Origin: a virus
Reading direction: 5' to 3' (one strand)
DNA length: 55,598 nucleotides
IMG/VR virus record: IMGVR_UViG_3300017433_000001
Span: 1 to 55,598 of that record
How positions within the stretch are numbered: the stretch's first letter is position 1; each line of letters opens with the position of its first letter. The notes under the pieces are model-generated. The model was not told where the DNA came from, did no database searches, and saw only the letters and a list, made by a program, of their open reading frames with translations. A program made the translations under genes and the position numbers. Of the stretch, positions 27,630-36,249 are shown in pieces.

Positions 27630-29725
27630 CCTCCGGTTTCGGCGGGCGCCTCGACGCGTCCTATCCCACCGATGTCCGCAACGGCGGCGGCATCCGCGTG
27701 GACAAGCAGGGGCTTGCCACCCGCATCGCCCTCGATCTGCGCCAGACCCAGCGCCTCACCACGATCCCGGCCGGCGGGCTGGTGCCGGTGCAGGACCCTG
27801 GAACGGGCCTCATCGGCGCGCTGCCGGTCACGGCGCTTCCCACGGCGCAGACCGGCGACGGGACGCAGACCAACACCAAGCTCGCGACCATGCCAGCGCG
27901 GACGTTCAAGGCCAACCTGTTGGGCTCCACGGCCCCGCCGCAGGACGTGAACTTCACCCAGGTTCTGGAGGCCCTCGGCATCACCTCGGGCGGATCGGTG
28001 GCGACCACGGCTGCGAACGTCTCTGTGGTCCCGCCCGCGAGCCAGGGCTACACCAACGTCCAGGGCGCCATCACGTCGATTGAGGGGCGGGTCGCCGCTG
28101 GCGTACCGATCACAGCCTCACAGATCACGGATAGCTCAACGTCCGGACGCTCCGTCCTGACCGGCACGGCCGCGCAGGCACGTGCCGCCCTTGGCATCGC
28201 ATTCGGCGTCACGGCCGGCACGTACGCAGCGGGTGACGATGCGCGGTTCGCGGCTATCGGCTCGAACGGCTCGGTGGACCCGAAAGCCTACGGCGCCAAG
28301 GGCGACGGCGTGACCGACGACAGCGCTGCGTGGCAGGCCGCAGCCAATACCGGAAAGACGATCACGCCGTCTGACGGCGACTACATCATCAACACCACGG
28401 TGACGCTGCCGGGGTTCTCTACGATTTTCCGGCCTGGGCACGGCCTCAACCGCAAAGTCATCATCCGCACCACGGCGAACGTCGACACCTTTGTCGCGAC
28501 CGGCACCGATGGCAGTATTTCGGGCGTCGCCTTCTACCACACCGGGAACGGGCGCTGTTTCAAGCAGGGTAATAACGCGTCCTGGCATATATTTAACTGC
28601 TACTTCAACGCCAACAACAACGGCTCCGTGCCGTGCGACATCATCAACACAAATGGCCCGTTGAGCCACTACCATCACAATGCGTTTGACAACTTCCGAA
28701 CTAACAACGACAGCTTCGCAATTGCTATCGACCGACCTGCAAACGAACCGATCCACTGCTACGAAAATCATGTCGATCAGAACTACTGTGGCGGGTTTGG
28801 CCCGTTCGTCTACGTCGGAAGTCGCGACGCGCGGACAAACTACAACGGCAATCAGTCCAAGCCCGAAGGCATCCACATCTCCTTCAACTCGACGCAGACG
28901 CGGAATTTCAGCGTCGTTGTCGAGTGCTGCCTTCTTCTCCGACTGACAGGCAACTCGTTCTGCATCGCGGCCGGAACGACGATGCTTATCCGTCCGAGCG
29001 GGCCTGGCATCCTCGATCTGCGCAGCACGTCGAACTGGTACGACGCTACGGATCAGTTCGTCGGCCCCGTCATCGGGCAGGACAGCGTCTTCGCCAACGG
29101 CCCCAATGCGGTGCTTAAGTTCGCTCGGTTCCAGGATTACATCTTCGGCGGCAAGTTCGGCTGCTCGTTCGACAGCTTGACCGATAACGTCGATTTTACC
29201 GGCAGCGTCTTCATTCAGATGACGGATACGGGGGCCATCTTCAACCAGTGCAAAAACGTCACCATCGGCGCGACTTTCGAGGGCTGCACCAGGTCGTTCG
29301 TCTGCATCGACGGCTCGGCCGGCGGACCGTTCTTCACCGGCCGGTGCGTGTTCGCCGGCAGCGGCGCCCCCGAGTTCTCCATGTCGGATCGTTCGAAACT
29401 GGTCGTCTCCTACGAGACGACCGGGTTCAAGCTTGCACGCAAATTCCCTTATCTGACGGGGACGGGCTCTTTCGTGGCGGCTGCGTCGGGCGCCGGTAAC
29501 TTTGTAGGCTTCATTCTGGTCCCCCATGGACTGGCGGGGACGCCAAACTTGAATAAATGTCACTGCACTCTGCAAGCAATTCCGTCGCAGTCGGGTGGCG
29601 CTGCGTTTCAAGGCGGGACCGCAACTTTCCTCTCCGCAGACGCCACGAACATCACCATGGCCGTCTACATCCTCGGTCTGAGTACGGCTGGCAACATAAT
29701 TTATAACATGGACGTAACAATTTAG
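27626..29725 (+). CDS. Tailspike with pectate-lyase-like beta-helix (putative polysaccharide depolymerase)
   Basis: ATGA overlap (M119 of ORF 27272..29725). KAYGAKGDGVTDDSAAWQAA motif, then Asn/Gly/Phe-rich beta-helix-type sequence. Confidence 0.85.
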   Translation: MTSGFGGRLDASYPTDVRNGGGIRVDKQGLATRIALDLRQTQRLTTIPAGGLVPVQDPGTGLIGALPVTALPTAQTGDGTQTNTKLATMPARTFKANLLGSTAPPQDVNFTQVLEALGITSGGSVATTAANVSVVPPASQGYTNVQGAITSIEGRVAAGVPITASQITDSSTSGRSVLTGTAAQARAALGIAFGVTAGTYAAGDDARFAAIGSNGSVDPKAYGAKGDGVTDDSAAWQAAANTGKTITPSDGDYIINTTVTLPGFSTIFRPGHGLNRKVIIRTTANVDTFVATGTDGSISGVAFYHTGNGRCFKQGNNASWHIFNCYFNANNNGSVPCDIINTNGPLSHYHHNAFDNFRTNNDSFAIAIDRPANEPIHCYENHVDQNYCGGFGPFVYVGSRDARTNYNGNQSKPEGIHISFNSTQTRNFSVVVECCLLLRLTGNSFCIAAGTTMLIRPSGPGILDLRSTSNWYDATDQFVGPVIGQDSVFANGPNAVLKFARFQDYIFGGKFGCSFDSLTDNVDFTGSVFIQMTDTGAIFNQCKNVTIGATFEGCTRSFVCIDGSAGGPFFTGRCVFAGSGAPEFSMSDRSKLVVSYETTGFKLARKFPYLTGTGSFVAAASGAGNFVGFILVPHGLAGTPNLNKCHCTLQAIPSQSGGAAFQGGTATFLSADATNITMAVYILGLSTAGNIIYNMDVTI

Positions 29726-29728
29726 TAT

Positions 29729-30655
29729 TCATGGATTGTAATCAGGGTTCATGCGGAAAAATTCATCTGCTCCGTAGATATTACCTTGATAGTCTATCAT
29801 TTCTCCTGCCCACAACGGCCAGCCGGCGAAATCGTGGCCAGCCCTATCAGCTCGCCACATCTCAACCACCTTCTCGGCCCGCTGTTGATTGGCGACGAAT
29901 TCATAGTCGCGGCAGGGTGCCCTCAGAAGAGGGTCATCGGGCGGGAACCTAGGGCCTTTCTGGAGCAAGTACGGCTCGAAGCCTGCCATATCGGCCACCC
30001 AAGAGAACCCGCCTTCGAAGAAGTATCGCGAGACTCCTGTCCCCTCGATAAGATTTTTCGTAAAAAAGCTTTCGGCGGCACTGGCTAAGAAGTTGCGTAA
30101 AGCAGTTCCGGTCATCCCGAAAAATGTAGCGTATGGAAAGATCCCGACCGGAGGGTACAAAGCCGGAAAGATCCGGCGAAGATAATCGACCGCCTCGCTT
30201 GATCTGCTTGTTGCAAGCATCGGGAGGGCACAGAACGTGCCGTGTCGTGTCGGATCGCAAAATGTCTCCACTTCGCTCCGGCGAGACCAGAACTCTCGCT
30301 CCATCACCTCTCGCAACCCATCGGTGTGCCGAAACGCGTCGTGGGTCGCCCCCTTTGTGTGGCCAAACCAGTAATAGTCGTGCTGCGCGCGCGTATTACG
30401 AAGCGTTCGTAGGGCGGACTGAAACCCCGAAACATCGGAGTTTACGACGAGGCGGTCGGGCGTTTCGCAGATGACGATGTCAAGATCTGCGTCGGCTAAA
30501 CTCGCGTGCCAACTGCGAGATGAACCGGAATTGATGCCAACATAGATCGTGCAGTCGCGGAACCGTCGCTGGAAAAGGTCGATGTAATAGGCGCCTACAT
30601 CTCTTGCCACTTCGGTGTCAGGAACGAAGGAAGAAAAAACAACAGCGTGCCGCAT
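29729..30655 (-). CDS. Hypothetical protein (308 aa), low-GC moron convergent with the tailspike
   Basis: Clean ORF with protein-like, Phe/Tyr/Trp-rich composition. I recognise no motif. Confidence 0.75.
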   Translation of the reverse strand: MRHAVVFSSFVPDTEVARDVGAYYIDLFQRRFRDCTIYVGINSGSSRSWHASLADADLDIVICETPDRLVVNSDVSGFQSALRTLRNTRAQHDYYWFGHTKGATHDAFRHTDGLREVMEREFWSRRSEVETFCDPTRHGTFCALPMLATSRSSEAVDYLRRIFPALYPPVGIFPYATFFGMTGTALRNFLASAAESFFTKNLIEGTGVSRYFFEGGFSWVADMAGFEPYLLQKGPRFPPDDPLLRAPCRDYEFVANQQRAEKVVEMWRADRAGHDFAGWPLWAGEMIDYQGNIYGADEFFRMNPDYNP

Positions 30656-30664
30656 GGGGATACC

Positions 30665-30952
30665 TTAGTTCATAGCGCCCGTGGGAGTCGCCATCCCGGC
30701 GCCCTCATGCAGCTTCAGCGGCTCGCGTAGGTCGAAGCGCATCTCCGTGCCATCCGGCGCCGTGAAGGTCGCCCAGCCGTCCTGGTAGTTTGCGAACCTG
30801 CTGCCGGCCGGCACCTTGCCGATCTGGATCTCCTGAAGGAGTGGGGTGATCTGCGACCAGCGCGCCGTCTCGCGCTCGCGGGCAATGGCCCGGCACTGAA
30901 CGCCGTCGCCGGTCGGCGGGGTGAGTTGCAGAATTCGGACGTTGTCACTCAT
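30665..30952 (-). CDS. Hypothetical protein (95 aa)
   Basis: ATG 30952 after gggaga. Lies 9 nt upstream of the 308-aa gene on the same strand. Confidence 0.65.
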   Translation of the reverse strand: MSDNVRILQLTPPTGDGVQCRAIARERETARWSQITPLLQEIQIGKVPAGSRFANYQDGWATFTAPDGTEMRFDLREPLKLHEGAGMATPTGAMN

Positions 30953-31156
30953 CGCGATCTCCCGTGAGGGAAACGCTCCTACCACGACCCTGGCAGTCAG
31001 GACACCTGCCCACGGCGGCGTTCATGCCGAGGTTCACGTTCTGAAGAAGGGGCTGGACGTTAAGCCCCCGAAAAATCCCTAACGTCCGCCCGCGCCCCAA
31101 CCGCTTGAGTTCGCTCGCAGTTTCGTCCGGACTTTAGCATCTGCCCCGCACCCGCG

Positions 31157-31181
31157 AACTACCCGGAATTTCCGGATAGTT
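31157..31181. promoter_or_regulatory. 25-bp palindrome AACTACCCGGAA-T-TTCCGGATAGTT (11 of 12 arm pairs)
   Basis: Lies in the 287-bp divergent gap, 59 nt upstream of the endolysin ATG. Confidence 0.4.
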
Positions 31182-31239
31182 CCCCCGCGCGCCCATCCCC
31201 GCCGCGCTTCCCAGCCTGACATTCCCCGGAGAGAGATCC

Positions 31240-32490
31240 ATGGCCGTGACCCTGACGGCGGCGCAGCTTCGCGCCGTCGCGAACACGCGTGCGCCGTTGG
31301 CCGACAAGATCGCGGACAGCTTCAACAAGCTGGCGCCAGCCTTCGCACTGACGACGCCTCTGCGGATCGCCCATTTTCTCGCACAGGTATCGCACGAGTC
31401 GGGCGGCTTCCAGTTCGTCAAGGAGCTATGGGGGCCGACCCCGGCGCAGAAGCGGTACGAGGGCAGGACGGACCTCGGCAACACGCAGCCGGGCGACGGC
31501 AGCAAGTTCCGGGGGCACGGCCTGATCCAAGTCACGGGCCGGGCGAACCATGCCGAGTTCACGGCCTGGATCAAGCGGCGATACCCCGAAGCGCCCGACT
31601 TCGTGGCCGAGCCCGAGGCTCTGGCCGAGTTTCCGTGGGCGCTGATGAGCGCGTTCTGGTTCTGGGACACGCGTGGGCTCAACGCGCTCGCCGACAAGGA
31701 CGACGTGGTCGCCGTGACAAGGAAGGTCAACGGCGGCACCAACGGACTGGCGGAGAGAAAGGCCGCGCTGAAACGGGCCAAGGCGGCCCTTGGTGAGGCG
31801 CTGGCTCCCATCGTCGCCCCGAAGGCCCGCAAGCCCGCCATGGCCCGTCCTGCGCCATCCGAGCCCCCGTCCGACGACGAGGCGCAGCCCGAGTTCGCGA
31901 TCCGAGGCGCACAGGAACGCCTCATCGCCCTGGGCTACCACGACGTGGGGCTCGTGGACGGCAAGAAGGGCAAGAAGTTCGCGAGCGCCATCCGCCAGCT
32001 TCAGGAGCGCGCCGCAGCCCTGGGCGACCGCGTGGCGGTGGATGGGCTCTACGGCCCGGAGACCCGCGCCCTGCTCGATGAGAAGCACGGCGACCGCTAC
32101 CGCAACGTGGTCTCCGACGAGCGCAAGAGCATCACGGCGACCGACCTCGCCCGGACCGGCACGCCCGGTGTCGTCACCGGCCGGCGCATCCAATGGGCCT
32201 CGCTCCTGGGCGCGCTCACGTCCCTTGTCGGCGCGGCCTACAGCGCGTGGCAGGCCCCGGCAGAGCTTCCGGTCGGGTCATCCATCGCCCTGGCTTTCCT
32301 GCCGCCGTGGGTGGCGGCCGTCGCGCCGTTCCTCTTCACCTTCCTGCCGCTGGCCTACACGACGCTCGCCGGCAGCGGGCTCGTCTCGACCTCCGTGGAG
32401 AGGGTTCGCGAGGGCATCGACAATTCGGGGGCTCCGCCGGCCAACCCCGGTCCCGGCGGGCTGTTCGGGTCGCTGTTCGGGGGGCGGTGA
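31240..32490 (+). CDS. Endolysin: GH19 (chitinase-like) muramidase + PG_binding_1 domain + C-terminal transmembrane segments
   Basis: AHFLAQVSHESGGF...GRTDLGNTQPGDGSKFRGHGLIQVTGRANH (GH19). GLVDGKKGKKFASAIRQLQ...VDGLYGPETRALL (PG binding). WASLLGALTSLVGAAYSAW and IALAFLPPWVAAVAPFLFTFLPLAY are hydrophobic. Confidence 0.85.
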   Translation: MAVTLTAAQLRAVANTRAPLADKIADSFNKLAPAFALTTPLRIAHFLAQVSHESGGFQFVKELWGPTPAQKRYEGRTDLGNTQPGDGSKFRGHGLIQVTGRANHAEFTAWIKRRYPEAPDFVAEPEALAEFPWALMSAFWFWDTRGLNALADKDDVVAVTRKVNGGTNGLAERKAALKRAKAALGEALAPIVAPKARKPAMARPAPSEPPSDDEAQPEFAIRGAQERLIALGYHDVGLVDGKKGKKFASAIRQLQERAAALGDRVAVDGLYGPETRALLDEKHGDRYRNVVSDERKSITATDLARTGTPGVVTGRRIQWASLLGALTSLVGAAYSAWQAPAELPVGSSIALAFLPPWVAAVAPFLFTFLPLAYTTLAGSGLVSTSVERVREGIDNSGAPPANPGPGGLFGSLFGGR

Positions 32491-32582
32491 TGCTGATCGA
32501 ACTCTTCCCCTTGAACATGATCCTCGGCGCGCTCTGCCTGACGATCATCGTCCTCGTCGCCATCGTCGCGTCGGCGCGCTGA
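32490..32582 (+). CDS. 30-aa single-TM peptide (lysis-associated candidate)
   Basis: GTGATG overlap with the endolysin stop. Sequence MLIELFPLNMILGALCLTIIVLVAIVASAR. Confidence 0.5.
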   Translation: MLIELFPLNMILGALCLTIIVLVAIVASAR

Positions 32583-32583
32583 C

Positions 32584-32925
32584 ATGCTGGCCGAGCCCGC
32601 AATCTACGATCCATACCAAAGGCTGGGCGAACTCATGGGCGAGAACAATGATCGCGAAGGTATCTCGCCCCTGGTCGCGATGCAGATCGCGCAGGCGGTT
32701 ACCAATCAGAAGGTCGAGGAAGTCGGTCGGTTGGTGAACGAACTCCGGTCGGAAGTGCGAGAATTGAAAAGCACCTTCGCGACCAAGGATGACCTCAAGG
32801 ACATTCGTGAAGAGGTGAACGGCCTCAAAAGTTGGAATAAATGGGTGGTGCAGATCATCGGCGGCCTTATCCTCACCGCGATTATCGGCACAATCGTTAT
32901 CAAGGGTGGTGTGCCGCATCCATGA
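32584..32925 (+). CDS. Coiled-coil protein with extreme C-terminal TM helix (113 aa; holin/spanin-like candidate)
   Basis: Starts 1 nt after the upstream stop. VEEVGRLVNELRSEVRELKS is a coiled-coil stretch. C-terminal WVVQIIGGLILTAIIGTIVI. Confidence 0.65.
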   Translation: MLAEPAIYDPYQRLGELMGENNDREGISPLVAMQIAQAVTNQKVEEVGRLVNELRSEVRELKSTFATKDDLKDIREEVNGLKSWNKWVVQIIGGLILTAIIGTIVIKGGVPHP

Positions 32926-33500
32926 CTGTTCTCAAAAGACCAGCACCTGACGACGCCGAACTTGATATGACGGATCAGATTTATGCGAGGGCCATCGAGC
33001 TAGGGTTCGGAGCGTCGCGCCGAAAGCCAATCAGCGAGCGCGTGGTCAATGCCCTCTATTGGGGGCTGATCCTCGCCGCGTGCGGCTGGATCTTTAGTAT
33101 GGCGGTAGACCGCGAGATGCCGGTTCAGATCGGCCCGCGTGAGGTCGTGAACCCGGACAAGCGCGTGGTGGTCGGCGAACGGCTCTTAGTGCGCTCATCC
33201 CGCCGCCGCTCGCGCACCTGCGAATTGACCCGGCGGTGGACGATCATCGACGGAGATGGTCGACGCTTCGATTACGAGCCCGAGCGCTACGACGCCTACG
33301 GCGCGGTCACTCCGTCCGGCGGCCCCGCCGAGGTCGAGACGACTGGACCCATCATCCCGCTTGACGCGATGCCCGGTCGAGGCCGCTGGATCTCCGTGCT
33401 GGCCTGGGATTGCAACCCCCTCCAACGGGCGCTGGGTTGGTCCATCGTCATGATCCAGGCGCCAGTCGAATTCGAGATCGTGCGCCGGGCGCCTTCATGA
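32922..33500 (+). CDS. Membrane-anchored protein (192 aa), possible lipobox LAAC
   Basis: ATGA overlap (M28 of ORF 32841..33500). Hydrophobic YWGLILAACGWIFSMAV. Confidence 0.65.
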   Translation: MTVLKRPAPDDAELDMTDQIYARAIELGFGASRRKPISERVVNALYWGLILAACGWIFSMAVDREMPVQIGPREVVNPDKRVVVGERLLVRSSRRRSRTCELTRRWTIIDGDGRRFDYEPERYDAYGAVTPSGGPAEVETTGPIIPLDAMPGRGRWISVLAWDCNPLQRALGWSIVMIQAPVEFEIVRRAPS

Positions 33501-33539
33501 TTTAGAATGTGCTGGCGCGGTTATGCCTACGGCAGTGAG

Positions 33540-34118
33540 TTATTCAACCCAAGCCCAATTTCGGCGGAGGCATATTGCTGAAATGTTGCTTCTGCTCACT
33601 CCATAAATTTCGGAGAGTTCCGCATGGTTTGAGCCAGTTTTTGCCATCGCTCGGATGGCTTTAACGCTTTCCTCGTTCAGCTTTGTGAAAGACCGCTTCT
33701 TGTCCCCTCGGTTGTCTGTTCCGTGGTCAAGCCGGTCCGCTTGGTTCTCTTGATGGGTGGCCCAACGCAGATGGTGAGGGTTTACGCAGCCCTCGTTTCC
33801 TTTTCCGCAGTTATGTGCGGCTTCATGCCTTGAGGTAGGCGGAGGGCCATTGACCATTATACATACCACTCTAGCCGCCGCCTGCATTCGACCTTCGTGC
33901 GATACCATCGCATACCCAGTCCTATAATCTCTGGCATATGGCCACGGGATGCAGCCGGCACTCTCAGTCCCGACAAGGGAGTGCAAAAACCGTTTTGGCT
34001 CGCCTTTGCTGGTTTGCCCTGCGGTTGGGGAGCCGTGGCGCCAAAACCTTTTGTAGTGGGCACAGCAAAAACCACAGCTCTTTATGGGCTTATCGCATCC
34101 GTCTACAGCGCAACTCAT
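33540..34118 (-). CDS. HNH homing endonuclease (HNH_3 type) with C-terminal HTH
   Basis: CAHYKRF, HNCGKGNEGCVNPHHLRWATHQENQAD. Low GC. Free-standing after the lysis cassette. Confidence 0.85.
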   Translation of the reverse strand: MSCAVDGCDKPIKSCGFCCAHYKRFWRHGSPTAGQTSKGEPKRFLHSLVGTESAGCIPWPYARDYRTGYAMVSHEGRMQAAARVVCIMVNGPPPTSRHEAAHNCGKGNEGCVNPHHLRWATHQENQADRLDHGTDNRGDKKRSFTKLNEESVKAIRAMAKTGSNHAELSEIYGVSRSNISAICLRRNWAWVE

Positions 34119-34288
34119 ATGATGCCTCAGAATATTGAGCAGGATTTCTGGGAGACGGGGGCGTTGCAGACCACCGGGGACCCGCCGGCATGACCTGCCC
34201 CACCGACCCCCAAGACCTCACCGGGGTCTATGTGCTCCTGGCGTTGATGGTGGGGATGGTGTTGGGCGGGGTGGTGAGGCGGTAGAGG

Positions 34289-34507
34289 CTACCAGCGAGA
34301 GCGACCGAGGCTGGCTGGCGGCTTTTCGTCCAGCGGCCAGCGGCCTTCGCTCTCAAGCAGCCCCTGGATCGCCGGGCCTAGGTCAGCCAAGGCGCCCGGC
34401 ACATTGAGGCTCGACAGCGCCAGCCCCGGCAGCGTGTCGCTGTGGATGCGCAGGCCCCCATCGGGGCGGCGGGAGAACGTCAGGCTGACGGTGACTTCCT
34501 TGTCCAT
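34289..34507 (-). CDS. Hypothetical protein (72 aa), last gene of the RtcB operon
   Basis: Track ORF with an ATG start, same strand series. Confidence 0.5.
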   Translation of the reverse strand: MDKEVTVSLTFSRRPDGGLRIHSDTLPGLALSSLNVPGALADLGPAIQGLLESEGRWPLDEKPPASLGRSRW

Positions 34508-34535
34508 ACCCCATCCTCCATCCCGAGCCCGGCCG

Positions 34536-34754
34536 TCACTCCGACGCGTCGGGCTTTTTGCGTTCGAACAGTCGGGCGAGAAACGAAGGCGGTCGCTCGG
34601 GCAGTGTAGCTCTGCGCTCTCGCTCTGCTGCGTCTAGCTTTTGCCACCACGAGGCGGCCCGCGTCTTCTTTCGATCTTCATAAACACCCCAAGCCAGGGC
34701 GGCGGCGCTGAGAATAACGACTATGCTGACCCGCCAGACATCAATGCTTTCCAT
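34536..34754 (-). CDS. Small membrane protein (72 aa, N-terminal TM)
   Basis: WRVSIVVILSAAALAWGVY hydrophobic span followed by a basic tail. Confidence 0.55.
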   Translation of the reverse strand: MESIDVWRVSIVVILSAAALAWGVYEDRKKTRAASWWQKLDAAERERRATLPERPPSFLARLFERKKPDASE

Positions 34755-34782
34755 CGACTACTCCCCGCTTCCGCTTTCCCCC

Positions 34783-35016
34783 TCACCCAAAATCCCCCGT
34801 CCCCAGCACCCGCAACAACTCCCGCCCGGCCGGCGTCAGAAACCGCCCCATCTCCCCCGGCCTCGCCCCTTCCCATCGGGCCTGCCGCTCCACGACGTAT
34901 CCGAGTTCGATGAGCGCTGGCATGGACGAGGGGTGGGCTGAGAGCCGTAGCCCGCGCGGGTGAAGGGCGACGGCGCGCAGGGCTTCCAGGGCGCGGGGAC
35001 GGATGGGTGGGGTCAT
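34783..35016 (-). CDS. Hypothetical protein (77 aa), winged-helix-like
   Basis: ATGA overlap with the upstream gene. LIELGYVVERQ...FLTPAGRELL resembles a MarR-type wHTH (weak). Confidence 0.55.
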   Translation of the reverse strand: MTPPIRPRALEALRAVALHPRGLRLSAHPSSMPALIELGYVVERQARWEGARPGEMGRFLTPAGRELLRVLGTGDFG

Positions 35017-35222
35017 TCTGAGAAGGCGAGGCTTACGGTCTGGATCATGAGCCGCACCTTATCCTCTGGGCCGGAAACCTTGAACCGGATCGTGCTGCCG
35101 GCGCGCTCGTGGGAGATATCAAGCCCGCGGTCCCACGCGTGTTCGGTGATGGCGTTGATCAGGCCTTTGCGGATGAAGAACCCCGCCTCCATCATGAACG
35201 ACCTCTCGACGGTGGCGCTCAC
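35013..35222 (-). CDS. Hypothetical protein (69 aa)
   Basis: GTG start preceded by aaggagagag. Confidence 0.55.
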   Translation of the reverse strand: MSATVERSFMMEAGFFIRKGLINAITEHAWDRGLDISHERAGSTIRFKVSGPEDKVRLMIQTVSLAFSE

Positions 35223-35364
35223 GGCTCTCTCCTTCGCTCAGGCTACGGGGCGTCTCTGCCAGCGCCCGATCCACGATCCGACGCAGATGAACGACGATCT
35301 CCCCGCACCCTGGCACTCGGATGCGAACGATGCCTTGAATGCGGTCGGCTTCGGCTTGCGTCAC
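35119..35364 (-). CDS. Hypothetical ORF (81 aa) overlapping the next gene by 104 nt
   Basis: GTGA coupling to the upstream stop. The first ~47 codons look protein-like and the rest looks like off-frame sequence. Confidence 0.3.
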   Translation of the reverse strand: MTQAEADRIQGIVRIRVPGCGEIVVHLRRIVDRALAETPRSLSEGESRERHRREVVHDGGGVLHPQRPDQRHHRTRVGPRA

Positions 35365-35714
35365 GGCTCTTTCCCCTCTTCGGGCGAAGCGAGGGCGGGA
35401 CCTTCCGCCATCGCCAGATCAATCAAGGCCCGCAGGATCGTCCCTGGCAGATCGCCCTTTAGGGTCGCCACGGGATCGGTGCCGTTGACGAGCACGATGG
35501 TGTCGCCGAAGCTGTGGTTGCGGATAGCGTCGATAGCGGCGCGAGCCACCTCCATCATGTCGAACCGACCGTCCACCAGCACTTGCAGGGTGCCGTCTTC
35601 CGGCAAGGCGTGCTCGTCGTCGCCATCAATCGCCCAAGGCGCGAAAACACCCAGACCCCGGATGCGGGCCAACATCGCCCGCGCCACGGCCTCAACCATC
35701 ACGGTCTCACCCAT
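35361..35714 (-). CDS. Hypothetical protein (117 aa)
   Basis: Track ORF with acidic, protein-like composition. Confidence 0.6.
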   Translation of the reverse strand: MGETVMVEAVARAMLARIRGLGVFAPWAIDGDDEHALPEDGTLQVLVDGRFDMMEVARAAIDAIRNHSFGDTIVLVNGTDPVATLKGDLPGTILRALIDLAMAEGPALASPEEGKEP

Positions 35715-35772
35715 TCCCCTTCCTCCAACCCAGCCGCGCGGCGGCGTGCTTTAGGATCAAAATCAACGACGG

Positions 35773-35982
35773 CTATGGGCGCTTCTCGGCGTAGCCCTGC
35801 ATTGCAGAGACCGCGAACCGGCCGAGACTGGCTGGGTCGGTTGCGACGGTGATCGCGAGATACGCGGCGCCCGCCATGATGCTGAGAGCCAGGGTCCCGC
35901 AGAACGCGAACCACAGCTTGAAGCCGAGGCGCGAGGGCATGTTGCTGCGTGGGCGGTTCAGATTGGATCGCATCCCCCTCAC
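35773..35982 (-). CDS. Small membrane protein (69 aa)
   Basis: GTGA overlap with the upstream stop (ATG 35973 is an alternative). FKLWFAFCGTLALSIMAGAAYLAI TM span. Confidence 0.55.
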   Translation of the reverse strand: MRGMRSNLNRPRSNMPSRLGFKLWFAFCGTLALSIMAGAAYLAITVATDPASLGRFAVSAMQGYAEKRP

Positions 35983-36245
35983 TCCCCTTCCTCTGTCGAG
36001 CGAGCGGCGTCGGGTGGAGCAGCCTCAGTTAATTCTTTCACCATGAATTTATAGTGCGAAAGAAGAACTTTGCGCGCCCGTTCAATCGCTGCAGCGAGGG
36101 TGCAGTCCTGCAAACAAAACCAGGGGCTTTGGCCGGAGGCGACATAAAACGTACCTTCATGTTCGGCCCAACTGATAGGGTGGTGCAGATTTGGGTACTC
36201 AAGCTTCTGCCATGCCAAATTTAGTGTCGTCATCGCCTCACCCAT
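35979..36245 (-). CDS. Hypothetical protein (88 aa), low GC, possibly HicB/DUF1902-like fold
   Basis: ATG 36245 (M109 of ORF 35979..36569) after ggaggg, 4 nt downstream of the rtcB stop. The fold suggestion is a weak recollection. Confidence 0.6.
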   Translation of the reverse strand: MGEAMTTLNLAWQKLEYPNLHHPISWAEHEGTFYVASGQSPWFCLQDCTLAAAIERARKVLLSHYKFMVKELTEAAPPDAARSTEEGE

Positions 36246-36249
36246 CGTC

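Noticed and set aside
31790-32737. 315-aa alternative-frame ORF across the endolysin and downstream lysis genes.
   Set aside because: The translation is Arg/Pro/Ser-rich, and it overlaps a gene with unambiguous GH19 and PG-binding motifs.
34190-34285. 31-aa plus-strand hydrophobic peptide (MTCPTDPQDLTGVYVLLALMVGMVLGGVVRR) between the HNH gene and the end of the RtcB operon; considered as a type I toxin.
   Set aside because: It has no convincing RBS, is very short and sits in GC-rich sequence where such ORFs arise by chance. I kept it only as a note.
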